A DNA stretch of 64,000 nucleotides from Candidatus Hodarchaeota archaeon (GCA_048887225.1 JBHLJY010000008.1:32001-96000), one strand, 5' to 3'; positions 21,258-30,930 are shown, counted from the first letter of the stretch. Notes: generated by a model from the sequence alone, not told the origin. Made by a program: numbers and translations.

Positions 21258-23057
21258 TTATTTTTTTCTTTTTAATTCCGCAATTGTTTTTTCAGCTAAT
21301 TTTTTTGCACTCTCGTATTGATTTCTCCATTTATTTACTTCTTGGTGCAAACTTGATATGTCATTTTTTAACATTGCTATTTCCTCATCACTAGCACCAC
21401 TAGTCTGTGGGATTTCTGAATCTGCTTTTTGTTTAAGATAATTATATTTTTCTTTCCATACTTGAATTTGTGTTTTTAATTCTTTTATAGATTCGCTATT
21501 ATCATCGCTAACTGATATCCCCTCATCCTTACTTATTGCAGCTTGTTCTAGTTTTAATGCTGCTAGTTCTTTTTCGAGGTCTTTAATTTTATCTTTTAAT
21601 TTAGTATTTTCTTCTAAAAAATCGACAGTGGTTTTAGGTTTCATCATTTCTTGATACATTGATTTACTTGATTCCAGTACCTCTTCTGACTTATTCCCTA
21701 GAATTTTATCTTTTCGCTTTTGTAATTCACTAACAGTTTGTTCTGAAAGAAAATCAAGGGGATTAAATCCCACGCCTCCATGTTTTGTTCTTCGCTTTCT
21801 TACTTTAATAAATAGAGGGATTCCTTTAACAGCTTCGCCACAAATGATCCCTTGTCCTTTATCTAAACCAGATATATCGCTGGAATTTTCTCTACTTAGA
21901 TCCTCCGCACTCTGAATCGTAATTCCAATATCTCTTATATCTGAAAGATTATGTACTACCCATGTACCACTTTGAGCTCTAATTGTGACATCTAAGAGTT
22001 GTGGTCTTTGGGTTCCAATTACAATATTAGCACCGAATTTTCGCCCTTCCTGTGCAAATAATTTTACGATTTCACATGTCTCAGTTTGTTTCTTACCAGC
22101 AAAAAGGTGCGCTTCATCTAAGAATAGATAAAAAGGAGGAATTTCTCTATTTGTGCTTGCTTGATATAATTTTTTGAGAAGTTTGCTTGCTATCACTTCC
22201 TGAACTTCAAGGTTTAAACCTCTCATATTAATAATTGAGCATAAATTTGGAGCAACAATATCCGTTGACTCTAATGAAAACAAATATTCAATGTCAACGT
22301 CAGCACTTTTATTCATTTTCATATCGGCATATTCAATTATTTTCTCAACAAATTCACTCGCATCAGGATCTTTAGTCTTGGGCATTTCGGAAATTTCGCT
22401 TTCTAAACTTTTTCCACATTGTTTACAATTTTTAGAATCTTTAGGAATTTCTTCTCCACACCAAGGGCAAAATCCCGATTTAACTTCAAAAGAAGCGGGT
22501 ACTTCTTTTTCTAACTCTTCGCTGGCTACTTTTAAGCTCCCATATTCTCCGTGCCTATCTAAAATTACAACAGGTATACCTTTTTTCATAAATTCCTCGC
22601 ATAATACTCCCATTGTATAACTTTTTCCTGAACCAGATTTTCCAGTTATAAAAATTCTTCCAAAATTCTTTACTAAAAGGTTTACATCAAAAGGATAACC
22701 TATTAACTTTCCTAACGAAACTGATTTTTCAGGAGGATTATATATTCCTAAAACTTTACTAATTTGCTCTTCAGTTGCAAGGAAAGCTTCTGTACCCATC
22801 TCAAAAGGCTTGCTTGGTCTATCACCTAAGACTTGTAATTTTGCCATCATCCCTTTTGGTTCGCTCCACATCTCGGTAATATTCAGGATGTAAGATGGTC
22901 TCGTTCCTTCCTCTATTTCTTTGCCGTATATAACAAAATAGCTGTTTCTCTCAACCTTAGGGTCAGAAAATAGTATTTGGACTGAATGCGTTGTAGTTTT
23001 TCCAGTTAACCTTCCTACTGCACCTGGATTCAATTCTAATTCTTCTTGATCTGACAT
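21258..23057 (-). CDS. HerA/FtsK-like (DUF87) ATPase with zinc-ribbon insert and C-terminal coiled coil
   Basis: GKSGSGKS Walker A, DRHGEY, LDEAH Walker B, EGRKFG, TQRP; CPWC...CKQC insert. Confidence 0.85.
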   Translation of the reverse strand: MSDQEELELNPGAVGRLTGKTTTHSVQILFSDPKVERNSYFVIYGKEIEEGTRPSYILNITEMWSEPKGMMAKLQVLGDRPSKPFEMGTEAFLATEEQISKVLGIYNPPEKSVSLGKLIGYPFDVNLLVKNFGRIFITGKSGSGKSYTMGVLCEEFMKKGIPVVILDRHGEYGSLKVASEELEKEVPASFEVKSGFCPWCGEEIPKDSKNCKQCGKSLESEISEMPKTKDPDASEFVEKIIEYADMKMNKSADVDIEYLFSLESTDIVAPNLCSIINMRGLNLEVQEVIASKLLKKLYQASTNREIPPFYLFLDEAHLFAGKKQTETCEIVKLFAQEGRKFGANIVIGTQRPQLLDVTIRAQSGTWVVHNLSDIRDIGITIQSAEDLSRENSSDISGLDKGQGIICGEAVKGIPLFIKVRKRRTKHGGVGFNPLDFLSEQTVSELQKRKDKILGNKSEEVLESSKSMYQEMMKPKTTVDFLEENTKLKDKIKDLEKELAALKLEQAAISKDEGISVSDDNSESIKELKTQIQVWKEKYNYLKQKADSEIPQTSGASDEEIAMLKNDISSLHQEVNKWRNQYESAKKLAEKTIAELKRKK

Positions 23058-23155
23058 TAGAAAATCACATTTAAAATAATTTTCAATTTTTTTTCTTTAA
23101 CACCATTAGGCTATAATAGACAATTTAAAATATTTAAATCTTTAAGAATCCAATT

Positions 23156-24067
23156 TTAAGTCTTCTGATAAACTATACTTTTTTTTACCATATGATGAGG
23201 TTTATACGATTCTTTTGCCTTTCTTAAACCGGAAATTCCTAAATCTTGTTCTCTATTTACATATATAGCATCTTTGCAACAATTTTTCAAAAATAAATTA
23301 TTGATAGCTTGGTAAGAACCTTCGTAATTAATATGAGCTTTTTCTATGTGAATTACCATAGTGTTTGTATTCAACATCTCTCCTAATGTATATCCAACGC
23401 ATTTGTCTTCCACGCATAATATTCCTCCTCTCAGATTTAAGTCAGAATAATTATTTAAAGCAGCGTTTATTGCCTTCTGTTCTTCCATTAAATCTTCATT
23501 GCTTTGACACTCGTTCATATCACACCATTCCAACTGTAGCGATCGAGTTTTTTCTATATAATCTTCACTTATTATATGAAACTCGTAGTTATACTCGGAC
23601 ATAAATTTATTTAACCATCTTCTTTTTTGGCGATACGTATTTCCTTGAAGTGAGATAAGCGCTTCTTTTTCGTAGATATAATCCCAATTATTTCTATCTT
23701 CTATGATATTTAGAGAATTAATATTCCTAATTTTATTAATTATACAATCTGGAACTCTGTGAATTTCAATATTATTCATTTCTTCAAATAAATCAACCAT
23801 AATCTTTTCTGGATTTTGACCAATTGGAGGTAAAAAGAAAAATACATCTTGTTTATTTGAAAAGGGTTTTTTCCATTTTTTAAGATAGTTTTCCGAAAAT
23901 ATTAATAAGTGTTCATTATATTCCATGAATAAAAAATTATAATAATTTCTCCATATGAACAAATTGGTAAAAGTCAGTTCAGAAATCTCAGGTGGAAATT
24001 TCTGAAAATAATTGTTAAATAAAGGGTGGTCACTTATCTCTAAAGGCTTAGCATTGGTAGGATCCAT
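23156..24067 (-). CDS. DUF2156 / phosphatidylglycerol lysyltransferase-C-like GNAT protein
   Basis: SELTFTNLFIW, WDYIY, HIEKA, VNREQDLGISGLRKAKESYKP. Confidence 0.85.
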   Translation of the reverse strand: MDPTNAKPLEISDHPLFNNYFQKFPPEISELTFTNLFIWRNYYNFLFMEYNEHLLIFSENYLKKWKKPFSNKQDVFFFLPPIGQNPEKIMVDLFEEMNNIEIHRVPDCIINKIRNINSLNIIEDRNNWDYIYEKEALISLQGNTYRQKRRWLNKFMSEYNYEFHIISEDYIEKTRSLQLEWCDMNECQSNEDLMEEQKAINAALNNYSDLNLRGGILCVEDKCVGYTLGEMLNTNTMVIHIEKAHINYEGSYQAINNLFLKNCCKDAIYVNREQDLGISGLRKAKESYKPHHMVKKSIVYQKT

Positions 24068-24127
24068 TATGAAATTGAATAGTAAAGAGATTTATAAATT
24101 TAATAATTAATCTTTTCAATAAATTTT

Positions 24128-24370
24128 ATTTAATATAATCATTTAAAAGATTACCCACTTCTCTATATTTTTTTAGAGCTTCAATAAATTATCGCCGTTG
24201 AGAACAGGAATACCCTCTTTATCTAATTCATTTATTGCAATCTTAAATTCTTTAAATTTATATAGCTCTAGAAGTTTATAGTGATAATTCAATGTTTCAG
24301 TATCCATCCGACCTACACTCTATTTAATCAAATCTCCTTGTTTCGAGCTTCTTGCTTCAGCGGGCAAAGT
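24128..24370 (-). pseudogene. Possible degraded gene fragment
   Basis: LPAEARSSKQGDLIK*SVGRMDTETL...GIPVLNGDN, then a frame switch to FIEALKKYREVGNLLNDYIK*; protein-like composition, no family recognised; boundaries approximate. Confidence 0.3.
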
Positions 24371-24433
24371 ATGCGTTGGTTCCTTTATATAAATTAAAAA
24401 AAATAAAAAAATAGTAGGGTTTTAATTAAAGAT

Positions 24434-25435
24434 CTATAACCTTTTAACAATTAATTCAGCCATTCGGTTTGAAAATCCCCATTCGTTATCGTACCATGAC
24501 ATTACTGAGATTTGGTTCCCAATTACTTTTGTCCACAAACCATTAAATACTGAACTATGTGGATTTCCAATAATATCTGAACTAACAATTGGATCGTCAG
24601 AATATTCTAAAATACCTTTTAATTGACCCTCTGATGCATCTTTCATCTTCTCATTTATTTCGGCAGCTGTTGTAGATCTATCTACATTGGCTTTTAAATC
24701 AACGACGCTACCGTTTACTGTAGGAACTCTAACCGCAATCCCGTCTAATTTTCCTTGTAATTCTGGAAATACTAAACCAATTGCCTTTGCGGCACCCGTT
24801 GATGTGGGAATCATATTCATTGCAGCGGCTCTTCCACGAATCATTTTATCTGGACTTCCTGCTCTCGCGATGTCTACATTTGATTGATCATTTGTATAAG
24901 AGTGAATTGTTGTCATAATTCCGTTAACAATTGTAAAATTTTCATGTAAGATTTTTACCACAGGAGCTAAGCAATTGGTTGTACACGAAGCATTTGAAAT
25001 AATTATATGTTCGGAGGTTATTTTATCATCATTGCAACCCATTACAACTGTCATATCCGGATTAGTTGCTGGGGCACTAATCAGAACTCTTTTTGCTCCT
25101 GCTGTTAAATGCTTAGAAGCACCATCTCTATCAACAAAACGTCCTGTAGATTCAACAGCTACATCAATGTTATTCACTGCATGTGGTAAATTCTCAGGAT
25201 CTCTTTCAGCTGTTATGGGTATTTCTTTTCCATCTATTATGAGAGTTTTATCGGAAGAGCTTACTGAACTCTTAAATCTACCAAATACCGTATCATATTT
25301 AAGAGCATAAGCAAGGTATTTTGGCTCAAAAAGATCATTTATTGAGACTATGTTAATATCTGGATTTCCCCAAGCAGCTCTGAAAAATAGCCTTCCGATT
25401 CTCCCGAAGCCATTTATGCTAACACGTTTAACCAT
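24434..25435 (-). CDS. gap: Type I (bacterial/eukaryotic-type) glyceraldehyde-3-phosphate dehydrogenase
   Basis: INGFGRIGR, ESTG, SNASCTTNCLAP, STGAAKA, RVPT, WYDNEWG. Confidence 0.96.
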   Translation of the reverse strand: MVKRVSINGFGRIGRLFFRAAWGNPDINIVSINDLFEPKYLAYALKYDTVFGRFKSSVSSSDKTLIIDGKEIPITAERDPENLPHAVNNIDVAVESTGRFVDRDGASKHLTAGAKRVLISAPATNPDMTVVMGCNDDKITSEHIIISNASCTTNCLAPVVKILHENFTIVNGIMTTIHSYTNDQSNVDIARAGSPDKMIRGRAAAMNMIPTSTGAAKAIGLVFPELQGKLDGIAVRVPTVNGSVVDLKANVDRSTTAAEINEKMKDASEGQLKGILEYSDDPIVSSDIIGNPHSSVFNGLWTKVIGNQISVMSWYDNEWGFSNRMAELIVKRL

Positions 25436-25637
25436 TTTTTATCACATCTTTTTGTTTAAATTGGTTCTATATATTAAAAATGATGATTTTAATATGTGTT
25501 CGTTTGTTTATTAACTTTTTAGTTTTAAGCTGATCGTATGTATACTAAGTTATTTAGATAAAAAATAATAGAACCTAAAATATAAACCTTATAGAAGTTT
25601 ATACAAAAAAATTATACGAAAAAGGAATTTGATTTTT

Positions 25638-26402
25638 TTATTCTTCTTCTACCTCTTCTTTTCCCAACAAACGGAGAACGGAATCTGCGAGTTTATTTTG
25701 ACTGCGACTTAGAATTCCCTTAATTTTCCCTTCTTTACCAAGCACTCTTAACATGATTCCATTCCAGACAGAAGAAGGTTCTCCCTTTACTTTTTTAAAT
25801 CTGTCTCTGAAAATTTTAACGCTAATATTCTCATAGTTTTCCTGAGCGTCTGAACATTTAAAGCATAAAATGCATTTGTTCTCGTCAACTTCTAAATTGC
25901 TATTTTTTCTTGATAAAGCGCCCACAGAACATTCATCTGCGAATTGGTCAATAACTTTAGTATCTTTTTCATTACAAGTTATTGTTATGCTCCCTTCTAC
26001 GGCCTTCCGGACTTTTTGGCCAGTATCTAATTCTCGAACCTCCTCCTCAAATTCTGGTAATGAGCCATTTTCTACTAGTAATAATTTCTTTTCGCCGTTA
26101 ATTAATAGCTCAAGAGTATATCCAGGGCAAATCCAAGTGCAACTCCCACACCAAATACATTTTTCTGTGTCAACTACGATTTTCAAATCTGATTCGATTC
26201 CCATTTGTTCAGGTGTACCAATTGCGGTTTTCTTCAATGGCTCATCATAAATAGAAACAGTTACAGGACATACACGATGACAAAAACCACACTCAATACA
26301 CTTGCTCTCATCATAACGTAACACCATGTTATGCGAGAGCATTTTGTACTCATAATCTGTAATATTTTCTTCTCTAGTAGCTTTTTTAGAAGGTAAAACC
26401 AT
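25638..26402 (-). CDS. Polyferredoxin-like 4Fe-4S protein (FwdF/FwdG-like)
   Basis: CIECGFCHRVCP, CIWCGSCTWICP and a degenerate CILCFKC motif. Confidence 0.8.
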   Translation of the reverse strand: MVLPSKKATREENITDYEYKMLSHNMVLRYDESKCIECGFCHRVCPVTVSIYDEPLKKTAIGTPEQMGIESDLKIVVDTEKCIWCGSCTWICPGYTLELLINGEKKLLLVENGSLPEFEEEVRELDTGQKVRKAVEGSITITCNEKDTKVIDQFADECSVGALSRKNSNLEVDENKCILCFKCSDAQENYENISVKIFRDRFKKVKGEPSSVWNGIMLRVLGKEGKIKGILSRSQNKLADSVLRLLGKEEVEEE

Positions 26403-26464
26403 ATTTCTTCACAATATTAATTTTTTTATTTCATGTAATTTTTTTATACTTTAGAAATTGATAA

Positions 26465-27604
26465 TTAAACTCTTTCCAACTCCATTTCTTGAATCGCTTT
26501 TCCAGACCTGAAAGGAATATCATCAACAGATTCCCCTGGACAATATCCGAACTTTTCGTTAAAAGCTTCGTTTAAAGACATGAAGTATAAACTTAAAGGC
26601 AGATTCTGAGGGCAGTTATTATAACAGTTACCACATTCAACACAGCGATCCGCAACATGTGCTATTCTTGTCAATTGATAAGTTTCTTTGTTTATAGTTT
26701 TTTCTTTTCTTTTTTTCGTGAGAATGCAATCTACACAATAACAAACTGGGCATCCACGGATACACATACCACACATCGTACAATTCAGAAGTCTCTCAAT
26801 TTTTTCTTCTTGAGGAACTTTTGCCCATTCTTCAAGGTCCTTCTTTCTTTTCTCTTTTGCCTTTTCAAGAATTTCATTCATTTTTGCTGTGTGAGTGTCT
26901 TTTATATCATCAGGTAATAGCTTTTTATCAATCTTAGATTTTTCTAGGAGATCATTTCCCTTGTCAGAATAGACTTTTAATATAATCTCATCAGAATCAA
27001 TGGGTATTCCAATATCACTTACGCTCAAATCTGCAATAACAGGTATTTTTCTTGTGCATCTTAAGCAATTATCAGAGGGTTGAATATTTAGTTCTTTGGT
27101 CTTTCCATCAGCAAATTTAAAAATTAGTCCGTTATCGCCAATTTTTTCTTTTATTATTTTACTGGGATCGATCTCCTTCATGTTCTTTATTTCTCGACCA
27201 ACATTAATAGCCATTCCCCTATCCTCAATTCCAATAATAAAAAGATTGTCTAGCTCAACTTGTTTTATTTTTGCCAATTCAATTAAAGCTCGTGTATCGC
27301 AGGGACGAGCAATAAGACCTATTTTTGCGTTTTTAGCACCTTCTACCGATTTATGTAAATATTTCGCAGCAGAGTCAGTTCGAGCATAGCCGTATGCAAT
27401 AAAATTATATAGAGGGAAGCTATTAGCATCTCCTAATTTATCAATTAATTTAGGTGTAATCGTAAATCTATCAACAGCATTCGTTTTTTTATCTACTCTT
27501 TCTTGTGCACTGATAATTTTATCTACGATTTTTTCCTGCAATAATGAGCCTAATAACTTAGGAAAATCTTCACTTTTTATAAGATATTCTGCTATTGGGT
27601 CCAA
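26465..27604 (-). CDS. FdhB/FrhB-family F420-binding beta subunit with C-terminal 2x[4Fe-4S]
   Basis: ARPCDTRALIELAKIKQVELDNLFIIG, NCLRC, CTMCGMCIRGCPVCYCVDC, HVADRCVECGNCYNNCP. Confidence 0.85.
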   Translation of the reverse strand: MDPIAEYLIKSEDFPKLLGSLLQEKIVDKIISAQERVDKKTNAVDRFTITPKLIDKLGDANSFPLYNFIAYGYARTDSAAKYLHKSVEGAKNAKIGLIARPCDTRALIELAKIKQVELDNLFIIGIEDRGMAINVGREIKNMKEIDPSKIIKEKIGDNGLIFKFADGKTKELNIQPSDNCLRCTRKIPVIADLSVSDIGIPIDSDEIILKVYSDKGNDLLEKSKIDKKLLPDDIKDTHTAKMNEILEKAKEKRKKDLEEWAKVPQEEKIERLLNCTMCGMCIRGCPVCYCVDCILTKKRKEKTINKETYQLTRIAHVADRCVECGNCYNNCPQNLPLSLYFMSLNEAFNEKFGYCPGESVDDIPFRSGKAIQEMELERV

Positions 27605-27672
27605 ACGTTTCCAACTCTTAATAATAAATTTTTATCTTAATTTCTAACTAATAATATTTAATTAATTTTTTT

Positions 27673-27746
27673 TATGCGTTAATGGAGCTTCCATTTCTTC
27701 TACTAAGTTCTCATTTTTTTAACTTAGTTTCATTAGCTAACACATA
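27673..27746 (-). promoter_or_regulatory. Eukaryote-like SECIS element in the 3' UTR of vhuD
   Basis: mRNA sense: UAUGUGUUAG-CUA-AUGAA-ACUAAGUU-AAAAAAAUGAG-AACUUAGU-AGAAG-...-UUAACGCAUA; lower helix, AUGA/GA core, perfect 8-bp upper helix, A-rich apical loop; starts immediately after the vhuD stop. Confidence 0.88.
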
Positions 27747-28208
27747 TTATGTTTTTGCCTTTTCTTTGGCTTTTTTCTTTTCAGGTGTGCCGCCTTTGGG
27801 TCTTAATGGGCTAGGACCTAATTCTCTTATCACTTTATCGAATTTAATTGCAGTTTGCTGAAATTTTTGACCCTCTGCTGCAGTGCAATATCCCATCATT
27901 ATTCGCTTTTCATTTAATCCAATCGACTTTAAAACTTCTTTTATGTATTCGACTTGACGGTAAGCGAAGTAATTTCCCGTCTCATAATCGCACTCTTTAG
28001 GGTATCAAGCAATTATCATCACACCATCTGCCCCGCGCCCAAATGCTCTCATAATGACATCAGCACCAACTCTACCGGTACAAGGGACTAAAACAGATCT
28101 TATTGAATCGGGATACTGTGCTCGAATTGTTCCTGCCATATCAGCAGAACCATAACCTCATTTCCAGCATAAAAATGCTATAATTTTAATATTTTCATCT
28201 TTTGCCAT
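27747..28208 (-). CDS. vhuD: Hydrogenase/Hdr-associated [2Fe-2S] subunit MvhD/VhuD, selenoprotein with two Sec (153 aa)
   Basis: Manual translation MAKDENIKIIAFLCWK-U-GYGSADMAG...VPCTGRV...GADGVMIIA-U-YPKECDYETGN...TAAEG...LGPSP; UGA at 28160-28158 (codon 17) and 28007-28005 (codon 68), both at conserved Cys sites; RBS GAGGTG; TAA stop. Confidence 0.95.
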
Positions 28209-28225
28209 TTCTTTTATTCACCTCT

Positions 28226-30190
28226 CTATTCCTCAATTGGTAATAACTCATCAATAAACGCCATGTATTGATCATCCCTAAAGTATGTTAGCTCAATTGC
28301 TTTCGATGGACAAAGTGCTGCACATGTTCCACAGCCTCTACATAATATGAGATCAACGACAAGGTTTCCTTTCTCGTTTACTGAAATAGCATTAAATGGA
28401 CACGCTTCAATACATTTATAACATTTAGCGCATCTTTCATCTGAAGGATCTGCTCTAATTAGTTCCATTGTATATTCTCCTTTACTCATTGGAATTGATG
28501 CTGTTGATGCTGCTCCTTTTGCTTGACTTACAGCTTTATCAATTTCTTTCTGCCCTTGAGCAGAGCCACAAATAATTATTCCAGGTACTTTAGTACTAAT
28601 CGGATCAAGGCGAGCATGATATTCTTTAAGAAATCCATCTGGGCTTCTTTCCATATTTAAAATCTTTGCGATTTGCAACGTACCTGCGGATGGCAATGAA
28701 GCAGGTGATAACACAACCATATGGAACTCTGCTGTTATTACAGCATCGGTGCCAACAGGCTCAAACTGCACTCTTAGATTTTTAGTCAAGGGGTCTTCTT
28801 CAATTTTCCCTACTAGCCCTTTAACGAATATAATTCCTGCATCTCTAGACCTTCTATAATATTCCTCGTAGTCTTTCCCACAAGCTCTCATATCAATATA
28901 AGTACATAGAATCTGCGAATCGGGATATTCTGATTTTATGAGTTTCGAGTTTTTAAGCGATAAATTACAACAAATAACGCTACACCATGGATTTTTTTTG
29001 ACATCTCTGGACCCAACGCAATTAATAAATAATACCTTGGTTGGGCGCTTACCATCGGAAGGACGTTGTAAATGTCCAAGAGTCGGTCCATTTGGTGCAA
29101 GAATTCGTTCTAACTCGATTTGATTAATAACATTCTCATATGTTCCATATCCATAATCATCTCCCTTATAGAGATCCCACCCCGTGGCTATTATAATCGT
29201 TCCTACTTCAAGTTCAATAATTTCATCTTGCTGACTAAAATCAATAGCTTCTTGTTCACAACCATCGACACAAGCAAAACATTCTACACAAGATACTCTT
29301 TCAATATTAGAAACTGCAGGAACAGCCTGGGCAAATGCAATATCAATCACTTTTCTTGCAGAGAGGTTTTCATCAAAGTAGTTAGGTACATATATTGGAC
29401 AAACTTCAGTGCAAGTACCACATCCAGTACATTTATCTTCATCTACAAATCGAGCTTTTCTTTTAACTTTCACTTTAAAATTTCCAATATACCCATCGAC
29501 ATTAACTATTTCGCTGTATGATAAAATTTCAATGTTCTCATGGCGATTAGCTTCTAACATTTTCGGTCCCAATATTCATATTGAGCAGTCATCAGTTGGA
29601 AATGTTCGATCGAGTTGAGACATACGACCTCCAATTGTCGTATTTTTCTCAATTAAATAAACTTTAAATCCTTCATCCCCTAAATCTATAGCAGCACTTA
29701 GCCCCGCGATTCCTCCTCCAACTACTAACGCAACAGGTTTTACTGGAACTGTCTTTGTAGGAACATCCTCTAATAATCTAGCTCGCGCGATACCAGCTCT
29801 TATTAATTCAATAGCTTTTCCTGTAGCGCTTTCTCGAACTTCAAGTGCTTGATGTACGAAAGAGCAATGTTCTCTTATATTGATAAATTCTAAATATCTT
29901 GGAGGTAATCCAGCTTCTTTTAAGATAGCATGAAAAACAGGTTGATGTGTTCTTGGAGTACATGCTGCAACAACAATTCGGTTTAGTTTATGATCGACAA
30001 TTTGTTCCTTGATATAGTCAGCACCGCCAGTAGTACATACTGATATATATTCATAGGCATAAACATTTTCTAATTTATTGATCTCTTCTACGATTTTTGG
30101 AACGTCCAAAATACCAGCAATGTTGATACCTCAGCGACACACGAAAACGCCGACGTTTGATTCTTCTTCTATGGTCTGATTTTCAGACAA
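28226..30190 (-). CDS. hdrA: Heterodisulfide reductase subunit A, selenoprotein with two Sec (654 aa)
   Basis: Joins track ORFs 29576-30109 and 28226-29572 plus an upstream segment in one frame: VGVFVCR-U-GINIAG (UGA 30133-30131) and TFPTDDCSI-U-ILGPKM (UGA 29578-29576); VGGGIAG, CVGSR..WCSVICC and ferredoxin motifs; TTG start 30190 (GTG 30199 possible). Confidence 0.95.
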
Positions 30191-30384
30191 TTTTTTCACT
30201 TTTTTAGCTATAACCTATTATTATAATTCTAAAATAATATTGATGATTAAGTTAATAGTTCTATCATTATAAAAATAATCGTTATAAAATTTCACGATAA
30301 TATTAATATTTTAAATGATAGGATCCATCAAAACTAACAAAAAAAAAATAAAGAATATTTAGAGAATAATATAAAATTTTATAA

Positions 30385-30930
30385 TTATTCCTTACTTTCA
30401 AAATCTTCAATTACTTCAGCAAAAAGTCGTTTTGCAGCATCAATTCGGTTTTCTTCGCCAATTTGGACGACATTCTTTAATGATATTGCTTCTTTAGGAC
30501 AAACTGCAATACATTGAGGCTCTACTTCTCCGACTTCAGGATCAATAAATTCTTCTCTCATATCTTTGCAAAGATCACACACTAAGGCTTTTTGTGTATC
30601 TATATGAAGCGAAATCACTCCAAAGTCACATGCCCTAATACAGAATCCGCACCCATTGCATTTATCCTCGTCTACGACAATTGAACCTTCCTCATCTTTA
30701 TCTAAAGCTTTTTCAGGACAAGAACGAATACAAGGTGCATCTTCACATTTTTGGCAAGCTAGAGCGATATTTAAGACAGGCTCAATTCGAACTCTATGGA
30801 TTCGAGTATTAATTGGATTGAACTCGCCGTCGTGGACAAATGAACAAACAGATTCGCATGTTTCACAACCAGTACATAAATCAGGATTAACAATAATAAA
30901 TTGATGTATTTTTTTTTTCTTAGCCGACAT
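30385..30930 (-). CDS. 4Fe-4S dicluster protein (small Fe-S partner of AOR, HydN/CooF-like)
   Basis: CTGCETCESVC, CQKCEDAPCIRSCP, CNGCGFCIRAC, CDLC..CIAVCP; start abuts the AOR stop. Confidence 0.9.
   Translation of the reverse strand: MSAKKKKIHQFIIVNPDLCTGCETCESVCSFVHDGEFNPINTRIHRVRIEPVLNIALACQKCEDAPCIRSCPEKALDKDEEGSIVVDEDKCNGCGFCIRACDFGVISLHIDTQKALVCDLCKDMREEFIDPEVGEVEPQCIAVCPKEAISLKNVVQIGEENRIDAAKRLFAEVIEDFESKE

Noticed and set aside
24340-24385. Locally GC-richer intergenic stretch as a tRNA or ncRNA
   Set aside because: No cloverleaf, T-loop or convincing stem; better explained as a coding remnant
25581-25603. Inverted repeat TATAAAC-N9-GTTTATA between the polyferredoxin gene and gap
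   Set aside because: Very AT-rich, single occurrence and no AUGA/GA core; cannot be distinguished from chance
27747-30190. hdrA/vhuD as pseudogenes, or genome-wide UGA reassignment
   Set aside because: All four UGAs fall on conserved Cys positions with no frameshifts and a SECIS follows; Trp is encoded by TGG, and UGA still ends genes at 3288 and 58740
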